Positions 1-9,561 of a stretch of 64,000 bases of DNA are shown here, one piece after another; the first letter of the stretch is position 1, and each line of letters begins with the position of its first letter. The notes under the pieces are model-generated. The model had not been told where the DNA came from, ran no database searches, and worked only from the letters and a program-made list of their open reading frames with translations. The position numbers and the translations under genes were made by a program. The DNA lies in contig CAVXPZ010000004.1 of assembly GCA_963763775.1 (NCBI GenBank), positions 128,001 through 192,000 on the forward strand. Reading direction: 5' to 3'. Source of the stretch: an uncultured Chloroflexia bacterium. GTDB taxonomy: Bacteria; Chloroflexota; Limnocylindria; Limnocylindrales; CSP1-4.

Positions 1-1
1 T

Positions 2-614
2 TCATCGAGCGAGGGCCGATCGGAGCCTGAGCGCCGGGCTCTCGCCGAGCATGACGTCGAGCCCGAGCATGATCCATCCGACGCCGTTGAGGGCGATGCC
101 GATCAGCGAGATCGGGCCGAAGATCGTCGGGTTCGCCTCGGACGTCAGTCCGAGCCGGTCGATGCCGAGGATGGCAAGGGTCGACCCGACGGCGAGCGCG
201 AGCGCGCCCCACCGCGTGACAGCCCCGAGTCGCCACGTCACGAGCCCGAAGACGGCATCGGTCAGCCATAGCGCGATGCCGCCGTAGAACAGGACCAAAC
301 CTTCGTCGCCGGCGAATGGATGCCACGGCCCGTTCGGCAGGATCACCGCGCGAAGCAGGTACAAGGATGTTCGCCGCGATGGCGGCCAGCGCCACGACGC
401 GCGCGAGGTTGGGCGATCTGGCCACTTGTCTCCGATGGACGGCGGCCACGACGGCGATGGATCCGAGGAGGTAGAGCGCGAGCCGGACATCGTTGACTCC
501 GGCCGGGATCCCGACGACGAACGCCGCCAGGAGGACGGAGCCGGCGACGACCCCGGCCGCGCCGAGCAGGCGGGTCGGCATGGACAGCGACGAGGCTCCG
601 GTTCGAGCGGTCAT
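2..614 (-). CDS. Multi-pass membrane protein, hypothetical (one frameshift ~365)
   Basis: ATG at 614 preceded by AGGAGG. The hydrophobic N-terminus (MTARTGASSLSMPTRLLGAAGVVAGSVLLAAF...) joins the hydrophobic part of ORF 2..490 after a frameshift near 365. Confidence 0.6.
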   Translation of the reverse strand, partial: MTARTGASSLSMPTRLLGAAGVVAGSVLLAAFVVGIPAGVNDVRLALYLLGSIAVVAAVHRRQVARSPNLARVVALAAIAANILVPASRGDPAERAVASIRRRRRFGPVLRRHRAMADRCRLRARDVATRGCHAVGRARARRRVDPCHPRHRPARTDVRGEPDDLRPDLADRHRPQRRRMDHARARRHARREPGAQAPIGPRSM

Positions 615-645
615 CGATCGTCCTCCTTCGACTCCCTCGCCGAGG

Positions 646-1377
646 TCAGGCGGACATCGTCGCCGGTCGGTCGAGGCGGACCGCCTGGACGCCGAGCGTG
701 AGCCAGCCGAGCGCGAAGCAGGCCATCCCGACCGGGATCAACGCCCCGACGTGGAGGAACGCCTCGCTGAGGATGACGACGATCCCGACGCCGATGAGCG
801 CCGCGCCGACGCGCGACAGGACCCGCGTCCGGTACGTCACCGCCGCGAACAGCCCCGAGCCGAGCATGACGGTCACGACGCCGATGAACCAGAGGCCCCA
901 GAACCCGTCGCCGCCGATCATGACCGACCCGGCATACCCCGCAAAGAACACGACGGTGCCGATCGCGGTGACGGCAAAGGCCACCCAGATGGCGCCGGGA
1001 TGGCTTCGAGCCTGGAACGCGCTGAGCCCGGCCACGGCGACCAGCAGCACGATCATGCCGACCATCAGCATGGCGACCGGCAGGTCGCCGCTGACGTCGC
1101 CCACGACGCCGATGCTGAGCAGACCGCCGACCGCCCACAGGACGGCGCCGAGGATGGCGGCGAACCCGCCGATACGAAGCGACATGGGAAAACCCCTTCC
1201 TTGTGCTGTGGAGGCGGCGCCGTGTCGGCGCGACCGGAGTCGCGCATCGAGGGCGCCGAGGAGGATGTCCGCCACGTCGTACGGTCCGAGCGGGCGCTCC
1301 TCGAGGATCGCCAGGAACTCGTCGCCGTAGCGTTCCCGCCATCGCGCGGGGTAGCAGCGGACCAGCAGTGATCTCAT
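646..1377 (-). CDS. PadR-associated membrane protein
   Basis: N-terminal 'YPARWRERYGDEF' motif typical of proteins encoded after PadR genes, followed by about 6 hydrophobic helices; start overlaps the padR stop (ATGA). Confidence 0.75.
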   Translation of the reverse strand: MRSLLVRCYPARWRERYGDEFLAILEERPLGPYDVADILLGALDARLRSRRHGAASTAQGRGFPMSLRIGGFAAILGAVLWAVGGLLSIGVVGDVSGDLPVAMLMVGMIVLLVAVAGLSAFQARSHPGAIWVAFAVTAIGTVVFFAGYAGSVMIGGDGFWGLWFIGVVTVMLGSGLFAAVTYRTRVLSRVGAALIGVGIVVILSEAFLHVGALIPVGMACFALGWLTLGVQAVRLDRPATMSA

Positions 1378-1697
1378 GGTTCGAGCTCGTGGAGCTGCCG
1401 CAGGCCCTGTCGCGCGAACGCCGTCAGGCCCTGGAGCTGATCGGCCAGCATCGAGGCGCCGATCGCGGTGAGGCGGTATGGCCGCCGTCGGTCGACCGGT
1501 GTGAGGGGTTCGATGAATCCCTCGTCCTCGAGGCGCGCCAGCGCCGCGTAGAGGGTGCCGGCACCCATCGGCCGGCCGCTCCCCTGTTCGACGTCCTGCA
1601 TGATCGCGTAGCCGTGTTTCGGCCCGTCGCTCAGGCTGACGAGGATGAGCAGCGACGGCTCGGTGAACCGTCCGAAAGCCGGGGTGTCGGCGCGCAT
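1374..1697 (-). CDS. PadR-family transcriptional regulator
   Basis: 'LILVSLSDGPKHGYAIMQDV...GTLYAALARLEDEGFI...RRRPYRLTAIG' is the PadR winged-HTH signature. Confidence 0.92.
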   Translation of the reverse strand: MRADTPAFGRFTEPSLLILVSLSDGPKHGYAIMQDVEQGSGRPMGAGTLYAALARLEDEGFIEPLTPVDRRRPYRLTAIGASMLADQLQGLTAFARQGLRQLHELEP

Positions 1698-1719
1698 CTG
1701 GACTCCACTATTACGACTG

Positions 1720-1743
1720 TCGATATATCGATGCGCGATATAT
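1720..1743. promoter_or_regulatory. Probable PadR operator (AT-rich palindrome)
   Basis: ATATATCG-N5-CGATATAT (1723-1743), overlapping a perfect palindrome TCGATATATCGA (1720-1731), just upstream of padR in a ~72% GC background. Confidence 0.65.
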
Positions 1744-1920
1744 ACGCTTCTGTCCGTGGCGTGTCAAGGGGTACGGCAGGGTTCTCGTGCGCGGATCGTC
1801 GGAGCGATGTCGCGCGGCCGACATCGATCGGGTGTCGCAGGACATCACGACGCGCAACGGCGACGACCTATGGTTCAACCAGGCCGAACGAACGGCGGGT
1901 CAGCGAGAAGGGGAACCGAG

Positions 1921-2151
1921 ATGGGCGACCAGGACACGATCGGACCGGAAGAGGGCTTCAGGATGAAGAATGTCCCCGGGCCGGAGGAGGCGGCGGCCAA
2001 GAAGGCCATCCCGGACACCGAGGACGTCGAGGGTCACACGTACGCCAAGTGGAGCGCGGTCCCGGACGGCGCAGGCCCCGACGACGCGGCGGCCAAGAAG
2101 GCCATCCCCGACGACGCGGGTCCGGACGAGGCGGCCAAGAAGCACCTGTAG
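1921..2151 (+). CDS. Small acidic repeat peptide (76 aa; [13 protein letters not shown] repeats, DVEGH motif)
   Basis: GAAGGGG RBS before ATG 1921, GC3-rich codons, internal repeats, and a hairpin terminator directly after the stop. Confidence 0.7.
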   Translation: MGDQDTIGPEEGFRMKNVPGPEEAAAKKAIPDTEDVEGHTYAKWSAVPDGAGPDDAAAKKAIPDDAGPDEAAKKHL

Positions 2152-2165
2152 CCTCCCGCCACTCG

Positions 2166-2194
2166 AGAGCCGGTCCACCAGGGCCGGCTCTTTC
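2166..2194 (+). terminator. Intrinsic terminator
   Basis: AGAGCCGGTCC-ACCA-GGGCCGGCTCT-TTC stem-loop (one G-U pair) downstream of the peptide gene. Confidence 0.65.
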
Positions 2195-2396
2195 GATTCC
2201 GAGCCCGGCACGGAACCGTGCCGTCCGACGAAGGTATGCGTCCGGAGAGGCTGCTCCGCCGACGATCGGTCGGGGCGCGTGCCACGCGTCACTGGAACGG
2301 GCCGATCGCGGCCGCGCTGCCCCGTTCCGACGCCCGATGGCACGGATCCGTGCCGACGCCGGCGACGCGGAGACCGATCGACCCGACCGCCACGGC

Positions 2397-3988
2397 CTAC
2401 TCCAGCAGGGCGTACGCCCGCAACGTCAGGAACTCGGCGAAGTCGTCGTCGAGCACCAGGCGGTCGAGCAGATCCGTCGCCTCGATCAGGCGGCCCTCGC
2501 CCGGACCGTCGGGGCCGCGCAGCCGCGCCAGCTCCTCGTCGCGGATCGGCGGCGTATCGCTCCGGCGTGAACGGCGCGCCGTCGTCGAGCTCGACCGCCT
2601 GCGTGATCCAGAGCCACAGCTGCGACCGGCTGATCTCGGCGGTGGCCGCATCCTCCATGAGGTTGTCGATCGCGGCCGCGCCCACGCCGCGCAGCCACGA
2701 GTCCAGGTACGCCAGCGCGACCCGGATGTTCGCGCGGACCCCAGCCTCGGTGACGCCACCGCCGTCGACCGTCAGATCGAGGAGCGCATCGGCCGCCACG
2801 TCCACGTCGTCGCGCGACCGGTCCTTCTGGTTCGGCCGCGCACCGAGCACGCCGTCGAACACCTCCATGGCCACGGGCACGAGGTCCGGGTGCGCCACCC
2901 AGGTGCCGTCGAAGCCGTCGCGGCTCTCCCGCTCCTTGTCGTCGCGGACCTTCGCCAACGCTCGCTCGGTGACCTCGGGGTCGCGCCGGTTCGGGATGAA
3001 CGCCGCCATCCCGCCGATGGCGTGCGCGCCGCGCCGATGGCAGGTCCGGACCAGCAGCTCGGTGTAGGCGCGCATGAACGGCAGGGTCATCGTCAGCAGC
3101 GACCGGTCCGGCGACTCGAGCGACGGTGACGTCCGGAACTTCTTGATCGCGCTGAAGAGGTAGTCCCAGCGGCCCGCGTTGAGCCCGGCGGCGTGCTCGC
3201 GGAGCTCGTACAGGATCTCGTCCATCTCGAAGGCGGCGAGGATCGTCTCGATCAGCACGGTCGCCCGGATCGACCCCCGCGGGATCCCGATCGCGGCCTG
3301 GGCGTGGACGAACACCTCGTTCCAGAGCCGCGCCTCGTGGTGGGACTCGAGCTTGGCGAGGTACAGGTACGGGCCGCTGCCGGCCGCCAGGGCCGCGGCG
3401 CCAGAGTGGAAGAGGTACAGCCCGGCGTCGAACAGCGACGCCGACACCGGCACGCCGTCCACGAGCACGTGCGACTCCACGAGGTGCCAGCCCCGTGGCC
3501 GGACCACGAGCGTGGCGCGCTCCCCGGCGGGCGCGAGCCGGTATGACTTGCCCTCCGGCGAGTCGAACGTGAGAGTCCCGCGCGTCGCTGCGGCGATCGC
3601 CGCCTGCCCGGCGACGACGTTCGCCCACGTCGGCGACAGCGCGTCCTCGAGGTCGGCCATGAAGACCCGGGCGCCGGAGTTCAGGGCGTTGATCATCATC
3701 TTCGGCTCGGCCGGGCCGGTGATCTCGACCCGTCGGTCGTCGAGGTCCGCCGGAGCGGGCGCCACGGTCCAGTCGGACTCGCGGACGTCAGCCGTCGCGA
3801 CGAGGAAGTCCGGGCGTACGCCCGCGTCGATCTCGGCCTGGCGCTCGACACGGCGTCGCAGCAGGTCCAGCCGCACGGCCCCGAATCGGCGCTGGAGGTC
3901 GGCGACGAACGCGAGGGCGTCGTCGGTGAGGACCGCGTCCTGGTCCGGGACGACCGGACCGCGGAGCGTCGACCCCGGGGACGGCCAT
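2397..3988 (-). CDS. aceB: Malate synthase A (frameshifts ~2550 and ~3970)
   Basis: Motifs 'DRRVEITGP', '[10 protein letters not shown]', '[11 protein letters not shown]', '[11 protein letters not shown]', '[17 protein letters not shown]'; C-terminal '[10 protein letters not shown]' lies in the adjacent frame. Confidence 0.93.
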
Positions 3989-3995
3989 CAGTCGC

Positions 3996-4847
3996 TCACG
4001 GGCGGTCGTCGCCCCGGCGGACGGTCGCCTCGATCAGCCCGTGCGGCTCGCTGGTCGCGACGTAGACCTGTTGAGGGTTCGTCATCCCGAACGGGGACAG
4101 GTCCGCCAGCCAGTGGTGCAGGTTGGGGAGCACCATGCGGACCGCCTGGAGCTCCTCGTGCCGCTCGAGCATCGCCTTGGCCATGATCCAGATCGATGTC
4201 TGGACACTCGGGCTGTCGTGGTCGGCGAACACCTCGAGGAGCGTCGAGCGGACGGCCGCGTAGGTCGCATCGAAGTCGATGTCGGGCGACCCGTACGCCC
4301 AGATCGCGGTGAGCTTCGTCGCCATCAGCCGATCGTCGGTCTCGGCGAGCGTGGTGTACCGGTCGCGCGGGAACCCGCTGAACCCGGAGCGGGTCGTCTT
4401 CATGACGATGAGATCCTCGACGCCGGCCTCCACCAGCGTCCCATCGCGCGTCGCTGCCACGGTCGCGACGCGCGTCCCCTCGCCCGTCCGCACGAAGGCG
4501 TCGGGCGCCACGGCGCCGTCGACGTCGAGCGGGCGCCAGCCGTGCTCGCGCACGTTCACGGTGGCGCGGTCCACCTGGGACTCGACGAGGAAGTGGCGAG
4601 CGAGGTCGGTCGCGTAGGCCTCGATGGAGCCCGCGAGGTGCTCGACGGCGAAGGCGTACGCCGTGTTCTTCATCGTGTCGGTGGCGATGACGTGGGCGTT
4701 GTCGCCGTCCGTGTGGGCGGCCGTGAAGTCGCCCTCGAGCGCGATCGCGATCGTCAGGTCGTGGATGCCGTGCGGCGTCGTGTCGCGGCCGACGCGGACG
4801 AGCCGGATCGCGGCCTTGCCGTAGCGGTTCGCCCCGAGCTCGATCAC
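3996..4847 (-). CDS. pucL: Urate oxidase (uricase)
   Basis: 'NRYGKAAIRLVRV', 'ATDTMKNT', 'MKTTRSGFSGF', 'SPSVQ', 'PNLHH', 'EPHGLIEATV'. Confidence 0.95.
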   Translation of the reverse strand: MIELGANRYGKAAIRLVRVGRDTTPHGIHDLTIAIALEGDFTAAHTDGDNAHVIATDTMKNTAYAFAVEHLAGSIEAYATDLARHFLVESQVDRATVNVREHGWRPLDVDGAVAPDAFVRTGEGTRVATVAATRDGTLVEAGVEDLIVMKTTRSGFSGFPRDRYTTLAETDDRLMATKLTAIWAYGSPDIDFDATYAAVRSTLLEVFADHDSPSVQTSIWIMAKAMLERHEELQAVRMVLPNLHHWLADLSPFGMTNPQQVYVATSEPHGLIEATVRRGDDRP

Positions 4848-5374
4848 CGCGACGCCTCCTTCGCCCCTGCGTCTGTCGCCTCGGCCAGTCTGGCATGACG
4901 GTCGCGGGCGATGTCGACGACCGCGTCGAGGGCGCGCCCGATCTCAGCGTCGCGGTCTGCCGTGAGCGCGGCCTCGAAACCCGGCAGGAGCGCGCTCCGG
5001 GGACGGCCCGCGACGAAGACGCAGTAGCGGAACCCGAATCGCGCCTCGTACGCGTCGTTGAGCGCGGCGAACTCGGCGGCGAGGTCCGTGACATCGCCGT
5101 GCTCGTAGCCCTGCTCCCCGAACGACAGCGCGGAGACCGAGCCCGGCGGAGCCCCGAGCCGCGGGTGGGCATCGATGAGCTCGAGCTGCTCGGGCTCGGG
5201 CATCGCGTGGGCGATGCGGCGTGCGGCGTCGAACAGGGCATCCGGGGTCGGGAACGGGCGCGCAGCCGCGAGTCGCGCGAGGAACCGGGGCGCCCCCTCG
5301 AAGAGCGGCGCCATCTCCGCGACGAAGGCTTCCGCAGCCGGCCCGTCGGGCGGTCCGTCCGCCGGCTCGGTCAC
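4844..5374 (-). CDS. uraD: OHCU decarboxylase
   Basis: 'LIDAHPRLG', 'EQ', 'LNDAYEARFGFRYCVFVAG', 'IARDR'; coupled to uricase. Confidence 0.88.
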   Translation of the reverse strand: MTEPADGPPDGPAAEAFVAEMAPLFEGAPRFLARLAAARPFPTPDALFDAARRIAHAMPEPEQLELIDAHPRLGAPPGSVSALSFGEQGYEHGDVTDLAAEFAALNDAYEARFGFRYCVFVAGRPRSALLPGFEAALTADRDAEIGRALDAVVDIARDRHARLAEATDAGAKEASR

Positions 5375-6240
5375 CAGCCGCCGACCTCGCGGATCAGGCG
5401 GTGGAGGATCCGGGCCGCGACGATGCGCCGGTACTCGGCGGTCGAGCGGACGTCGTCGATCGGGTGGAGCTCGCCCGCGAGCGTCTCGGCGGCGAGGTCC
5501 GCGGTCTCGGGTGTCGGGAGGCGGTCCTCGAGGATCGCCTCGGTGGCGCGGGCACGGATCGGGGTCGCCGCGACCGAACCGAGCGCGAGACGCACCGAGC
5601 GCCAGGCCGTGGTCTCGCCGCCGTCACGCCACGACAGCGCCATCACGACCTTGCTGATCGACTGCGCGCGACGCGTCCCGACCTTGCGGAAGCGGACCTC
5701 ACGGGCCGCGGCGATCGGTACGCGGACGCGCAGGATGAGCTCGTCGGGTGCGAGGGCCGTCCGCCGGTATGCTGGCCAGAAGGCCTCCGCCGCCACGACC
5801 CGCTCGCCGCGGGCGCTCCCGAGGACGAACTCGGCGTCGCTCGCGAGGAGGACCGGCAGGGTGTCACCGGCCGGCGAGGCATTCGCGGCGTTCCCGCCGA
5901 GCGTCCCGCGGTTCTGGATCTGGGCCGCGCCGATCGTGGCGGCCGCCTGGACCAGTCCGGGGAGATGCTCGCGGCAGACCGCGGAGCGCCGGATCTCGGT
6001 GTACGTCGTGAGGGCGCCCAGGACCACGGCGCCACCATCGAGCGTGATCCCGCGCAGCGCATCGAGATGCCAGAGGTCCACGACCCGGGCCGGTGGCTCG
6101 CCGAGCTCCCCGGTCAGGGCCACCATCAGGTCCGTGCCGCCGGCGATCGGCCGGGCCGGCTGGGTGCCCGGGTCGCCCGCCATCGCGGCGTATGCGGCGG
6201 CCAGACTGCGTGGGCTGCTGACGGGCGGCTCGACCGGCAT
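5371..6240 (-). CDS. pucC: Xanthine dehydrogenase FAD-binding subunit
   Basis: 'IAGGTDLMV', 'QIQNRGTLGGNAANASPAGD', 'PIDDVRSTAEYR'. Confidence 0.88.
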   Translation of the reverse strand: MPVEPPVSSPRSLAAAYAAMAGDPGTQPARPIAGGTDLMVALTGELGEPPARVVDLWHLDALRGITLDGGAVVLGALTTYTEIRRSAVCREHLPGLVQAAATIGAAQIQNRGTLGGNAANASPAGDTLPVLLASDAEFVLGSARGERVVAAEAFWPAYRRTALAPDELILRVRVPIAAAREVRFRKVGTRRAQSISKVVMALSWRDGGETTAWRSVRLALGSVAATPIRARATEAILEDRLPTPETADLAAETLAGELHPIDDVRSTAEYRRIVAARILHRLIREVGGW

Positions 6241-6246
6241 GACCGC

Positions 6247-6528
6247 CTACGCCCCGCCCCCGGCCCCGCCGCCGCCACGACGTCGCCGGCCGACCAGCAC
6301 CAGGACCAGTGACGCGATGATCCCGAACCCGACGGCGAGCTGCGTCGGCGAGACGACGATCCTCGGGTCCGAGCCGGCGGGGGTCGCGGCGTCGGCAGCC
6401 GGCGGGCTTCCGGCCGGCGCGGGCGGTCGTCGCGGCGTCCTGTGGGCGACCCCGTCTCCTCGGGCGGGTGCGGCCCGCGGCCGTTCGTGGGGACGGACAC
6501 TCGGTCGGTCTCCGGGTTCATCGATCAC
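6247..6528 (-). CDS. Small hypothetical protein with C-terminal membrane anchor
   Basis: GTG start overlapping the 2Fe-2S gene end; Pro/Arg-rich N-terminus followed by 'SPTQLAVGFGIIASLVLVLVGRRRR'; fills the gap inside the xdh operon. Confidence 0.5.
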   Translation of the reverse strand: MIDEPGDRPSVRPHERPRAAPARGDGVAHRTPRRPPAPAGSPPAADAATPAGSDPRIVVSPTQLAVGFGIIASLVLVLVGRRRRGGGGAGGGA

Positions 6529-6985
6529 CTCCCGCCGCGAGCGCGATGGCCTCCACGATCTTCGTGTAGCCCGTGCATCGACAGAGATTGCCCGCGATCG
6601 CCTCGCGGATGGCATCCTCGTCCGCCCGGCCACCGCCGTCGAGGTAGGCCCGGGCCGCCATCAACATCCCGGGCGTGCAGATGCCGCACTGGGCACCGCC
6701 GGCCACGAGGAACGCGGACTGGAGCGCGTCGAGCGATCCGGCGCCCGGGGCGAGGCCCTCGACCGTGCGGATGGCGACCCCGTCGACCTGGCAGACCGGG
6801 ACGAGGCACGAGTCGACGGGCACGCCGTCGAGCAGGACGGTGCACGCGCCGCACTCCCCTTCCCCGCACCCTTCCTTGGTCCCGGTGAGCGCGAGGTCCT
6901 CGCGGAGGACGTCCAGCAGACGGCGCATCCCGGGGACGTCCACCTCCGCCGGCGTCGCGTTGACCGTGAATCGATAGGTCGTCAT
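6518..6985 (-). CDS. pucE: Xanthine dehydrogenase (2Fe-2S) subunit
   Basis: 'TGTKEGCGEGECGACTV', 'QCGICTPG', 'GNLCRCTGY' in the C-terminal 155 aa of ORF 6518..9415; ATG at 6985. Confidence 0.92.
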   Translation of the reverse strand: MTTYRFTVNATPAEVDVPGMRRLLDVLREDLALTGTKEGCGEGECGACTVLLDGVPVDSCLVPVCQVDGVAIRTVEGLAPGAGSLDALQSAFLVAGGAQCGICTPGMLMAARAYLDGGGRADEDAIREAIAGNLCRCTGYTKIVEAIALAAGGDR

Positions 6986-9339
6986 CGGGGGGCGGGCGCC
7001 GAAGCGCCTGACGTCGAGCCGCCTGGCTCGGATGCGCCCGGCGGGAGGGGCGCGATCGCGGGCACGGCCGCCATCGCGGCGAGGATCCGCTCCGGGCTCG
7101 CCGGCAGGTCCGCGATCCACACGCCGGTCGCGTCCGCGATGGCCGCGACGACCGCCGGCGCCCCGACGTCCATCGGCAGCTCGCCGACGCCCTTGGCCCC
7201 GTGCGGCACGCCGGAGAATGGGGCCTCCACGAGGATCGTCGAGATCCGCGGCGCGTCGAGCGCGGTCGGGATGATGTACGTGGCCAGTCGGTCGTTGAGG
7301 TACCGGCCGTCGCGCAGCTTGATCTCCTCGATGGTCGCGTAGCCGATCGCCTGCAGCGTGCCGCCCTCCACCTGGCCTTCCGCGAGGACCGGGTGGATGA
7401 CCCGGCCGACGTCGTCGGCGGCAACGACATCGCGGACATGGACCTCGCCCGTATCGAGGTCGACATCGACCCGGGCGACGCAGGCCGCCCAACCGAAGGC
7501 GGGATAGGCGTCGCCGCGGTAGGTCGCGTCGTCGAAGTCGATGCCCGGGTACGGCTCGAAGCGCTCGTCGATCCGGATCGCACCGGTCGCTCGGGCGTGG
7601 TCGCGGTAGACGGCGGCGAAACGACCGTCGGTCGCACCCTCGACCTGGTCGCGCAGCCGGCGAGCGGCCTTGATGACCATCCCGCCGACGACCATCGCGG
7701 TCCGGGACGCGACCGTCGGCCCCGAGTCCGGCACGATCGCGGTGTCCTGCGGGGCCACCTCGACCTCTTCGGCGGTCACCCCGAGCGCCTCGGCCGCGAG
7801 CTGCGGGAAGATGGTCTTCGTCCCCTGCCCCATCTCCGTGGACGCGGTCAGGATCCGGATCCGGCCGTCGGCGGTGAGCTCCAGCGACACCACCGACGCC
7901 AGCTTGACCTCGCCGGAGCCGGTGAACCCCGCGCCGTGCCACGCCAGGGCGAGGCCGATGCCGCTCGCGACCCGTTGGCGCTCGGTCCGCAGCGGCGAGC
8001 CCGGGATCGTGCCGCTGCCGGCGCGCTGGCTTCGGTCCCGGCCCGTCCGGGTCCGCAGCCGCTCGAACTCGGCGGCCTCGGCCGCGCGCTCGAGGACCTC
8101 CTCGCCCGCGACGCTCTCGCGGAGCACCTGGCCGGTCGGGGTGGTGTCCCCGAGGCGGTAGACGTTCCGGCGCCGGATCTCCAGCGGCGACAGGCCGAGC
8201 CGCTCCGCGATCCGGTTGAGATGCGTCTCGGTGGCGAACTCCACCTGCGGGGCCCCGAAGCCGCGGAACGCGCCGTTCGGCGGGGTGTTGGTCCGGGTCG
8301 CCCGCGCGCGGATCCGGACGTTGGGGCACCGGTACGGACCGCCCGAGTGCAGCGCCCCGCGACTGAGGACCACCGGGGTCAGCGTGCAGTACGCGCCGCC
8401 GTCCATGACGACCTCGATGTCCTGGGCGAGGAGCCGGCCGTCGGCGGTCACGCCGGTGCGGTGGCGGATGATCGCCGGGTGCCGTTTCGTGGTGGCCGCG
8501 ATGTCCTCGTGGCGGTCGTAGATCATCCGCACCGGACGCTCGGCCTTGAGCGACAGGAGCGCCGCGTGCAAGGCGATCAGCGAGGGGTACTCCTCCTTGC
8601 CGCCGAACCCGCCGCCCGTCTCGGCCTGGATGACTTGCGCCTGCTGGTCGTCGATGGCGAGGCCACGCTTGAGCGCTGTATGGACGTAGTACGGGCACTG
8701 GAGCGAGCCCGTGACCGAGACGCCGCCATCGTCCCGTGGCACGGCGATCATCGCGTTGTTCTCGATGTAGAGCTGCTCCTGGTGGCCGACGCGGTACTCC
8801 GCTTCCAGCACGTGGTCCGCGGCGGCCATCGCCGCGTCGACGTCGCCCGTCTCGATGTCGTAGTGGGCGAACGGGTGATCCGAGACCAGGGGGTCGAAGA
8901 CCGCGGGGAGCGCCTCCGTCCGGACGGTCAGGGCATGACGGGCGGCCCGCAGGGTGGCCCGGTCCGGGGCCGCGAGGAGGACGAGGGGCTCCGCGTGGTG
9001 CTGGATCTCGCCGCCCACCGGGACCAGGATCGGCTGGTCGGCCTTGATCGAGCTGACGACGTTGTCGCCCGGGACGTCCGCGGCCGTGACGACGACGACC
9101 GACGACCAGTCGAACGACGGGTCCAGGTCCACGGCGAGGAATCGGGCGTGGGCGTCCGTCGAGCGGATGGTCGCGCCGTACCAGGCGCCGGGGACGACGA
9201 TGTCGTCGGCGTAGAGCGCCGCGCCCGTCAGTTTCGCCGGGCCCTCGCGGCGCGGCGGCGGGAGGCCGCGCGCGCGACCGGGGACGACCGTATCGGGCTT
9301 GACGACGAGCGCGCCTGGCGGCTCGATCCGGGACGTCAT
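6982..9339 (-). CDS. pucD: Xanthine dehydrogenase molybdopterin-binding subunit
   Basis: 'KLTGAALYADD', 'GGGFGGKEE', 'AFRGFGAPQ', 'EMGQG', 'GQVEGG', 'AKGVGELP'. Confidence 0.92.
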   Translation of the reverse strand: MTSRIEPPGALVVKPDTVVPGRARGLPPPRREGPAKLTGAALYADDIVVPGAWYGATIRSTDAHARFLAVDLDPSFDWSSVVVVTAADVPGDNVVSSIKADQPILVPVGGEIQHHAEPLVLLAAPDRATLRAARHALTVRTEALPAVFDPLVSDHPFAHYDIETGDVDAAMAAADHVLEAEYRVGHQEQLYIENNAMIAVPRDDGGVSVTGSLQCPYYVHTALKRGLAIDDQQAQVIQAETGGGFGGKEEYPSLIALHAALLSLKAERPVRMIYDRHEDIAATTKRHPAIIRHRTGVTADGRLLAQDIEVVMDGGAYCTLTPVVLSRGALHSGGPYRCPNVRIRARATRTNTPPNGAFRGFGAPQVEFATETHLNRIAERLGLSPLEIRRRNVYRLGDTTPTGQVLRESVAGEEVLERAAEAAEFERLRTRTGRDRSQRAGSGTIPGSPLRTERQRVASGIGLALAWHGAGFTGSGEVKLASVVSLELTADGRIRILTASTEMGQGTKTIFPQLAAEALGVTAEEVEVAPQDTAIVPDSGPTVASRTAMVVGGMVIKAARRLRDQVEGATDGRFAAVYRDHARATGAIRIDERFEPYPGIDFDDATYRGDAYPAFGWAACVARVDVDLDTGEVHVRDVVAADDVGRVIHPVLAEGQVEGGTLQAIGYATIEEIKLRDGRYLNDRLATYIIPTALDAPRISTILVEAPFSGVPHGAKGVGELPMDVGAPAVVAAIADATGVWIADLPASPERILAAMAAVPAIAPLPPGASEPGGSTSGASAPAPR

Positions 9340-9561
9340 GCGGCGGGCGACCCTCCTCGAGGTCCGAGGGTACCATCGGGAGGACCGTCCGGACCCGGTG
9401 CGCACCGCTCGGCACCGAACCTCACCGGATGACCCAACCCGTTGCAACGGGTCACCGGCAAAACGTCCCGGCGTCTTCCCGATTCAGTCCCTTCGCGGTC
9501 ACGCGGCCCTATAGTCGAAGGCCCTGGCCCGCATCATCTTCAGGAGTCATCAGCCCGGACC

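Noticed and set aside
6518-9415. 965-aa ORF overlapping the Mo subunit
   Set aside because: Off-frame shadow ORF typical of high GC; only the last 155 aa (2Fe-2S subunit) are real.
9340-9561. Possible purine riboswitch upstream of the xdh operon
   Set aside because: No recognisable purine-aptamer consensus by eye; an Rfam scan would be needed to exclude it fully.
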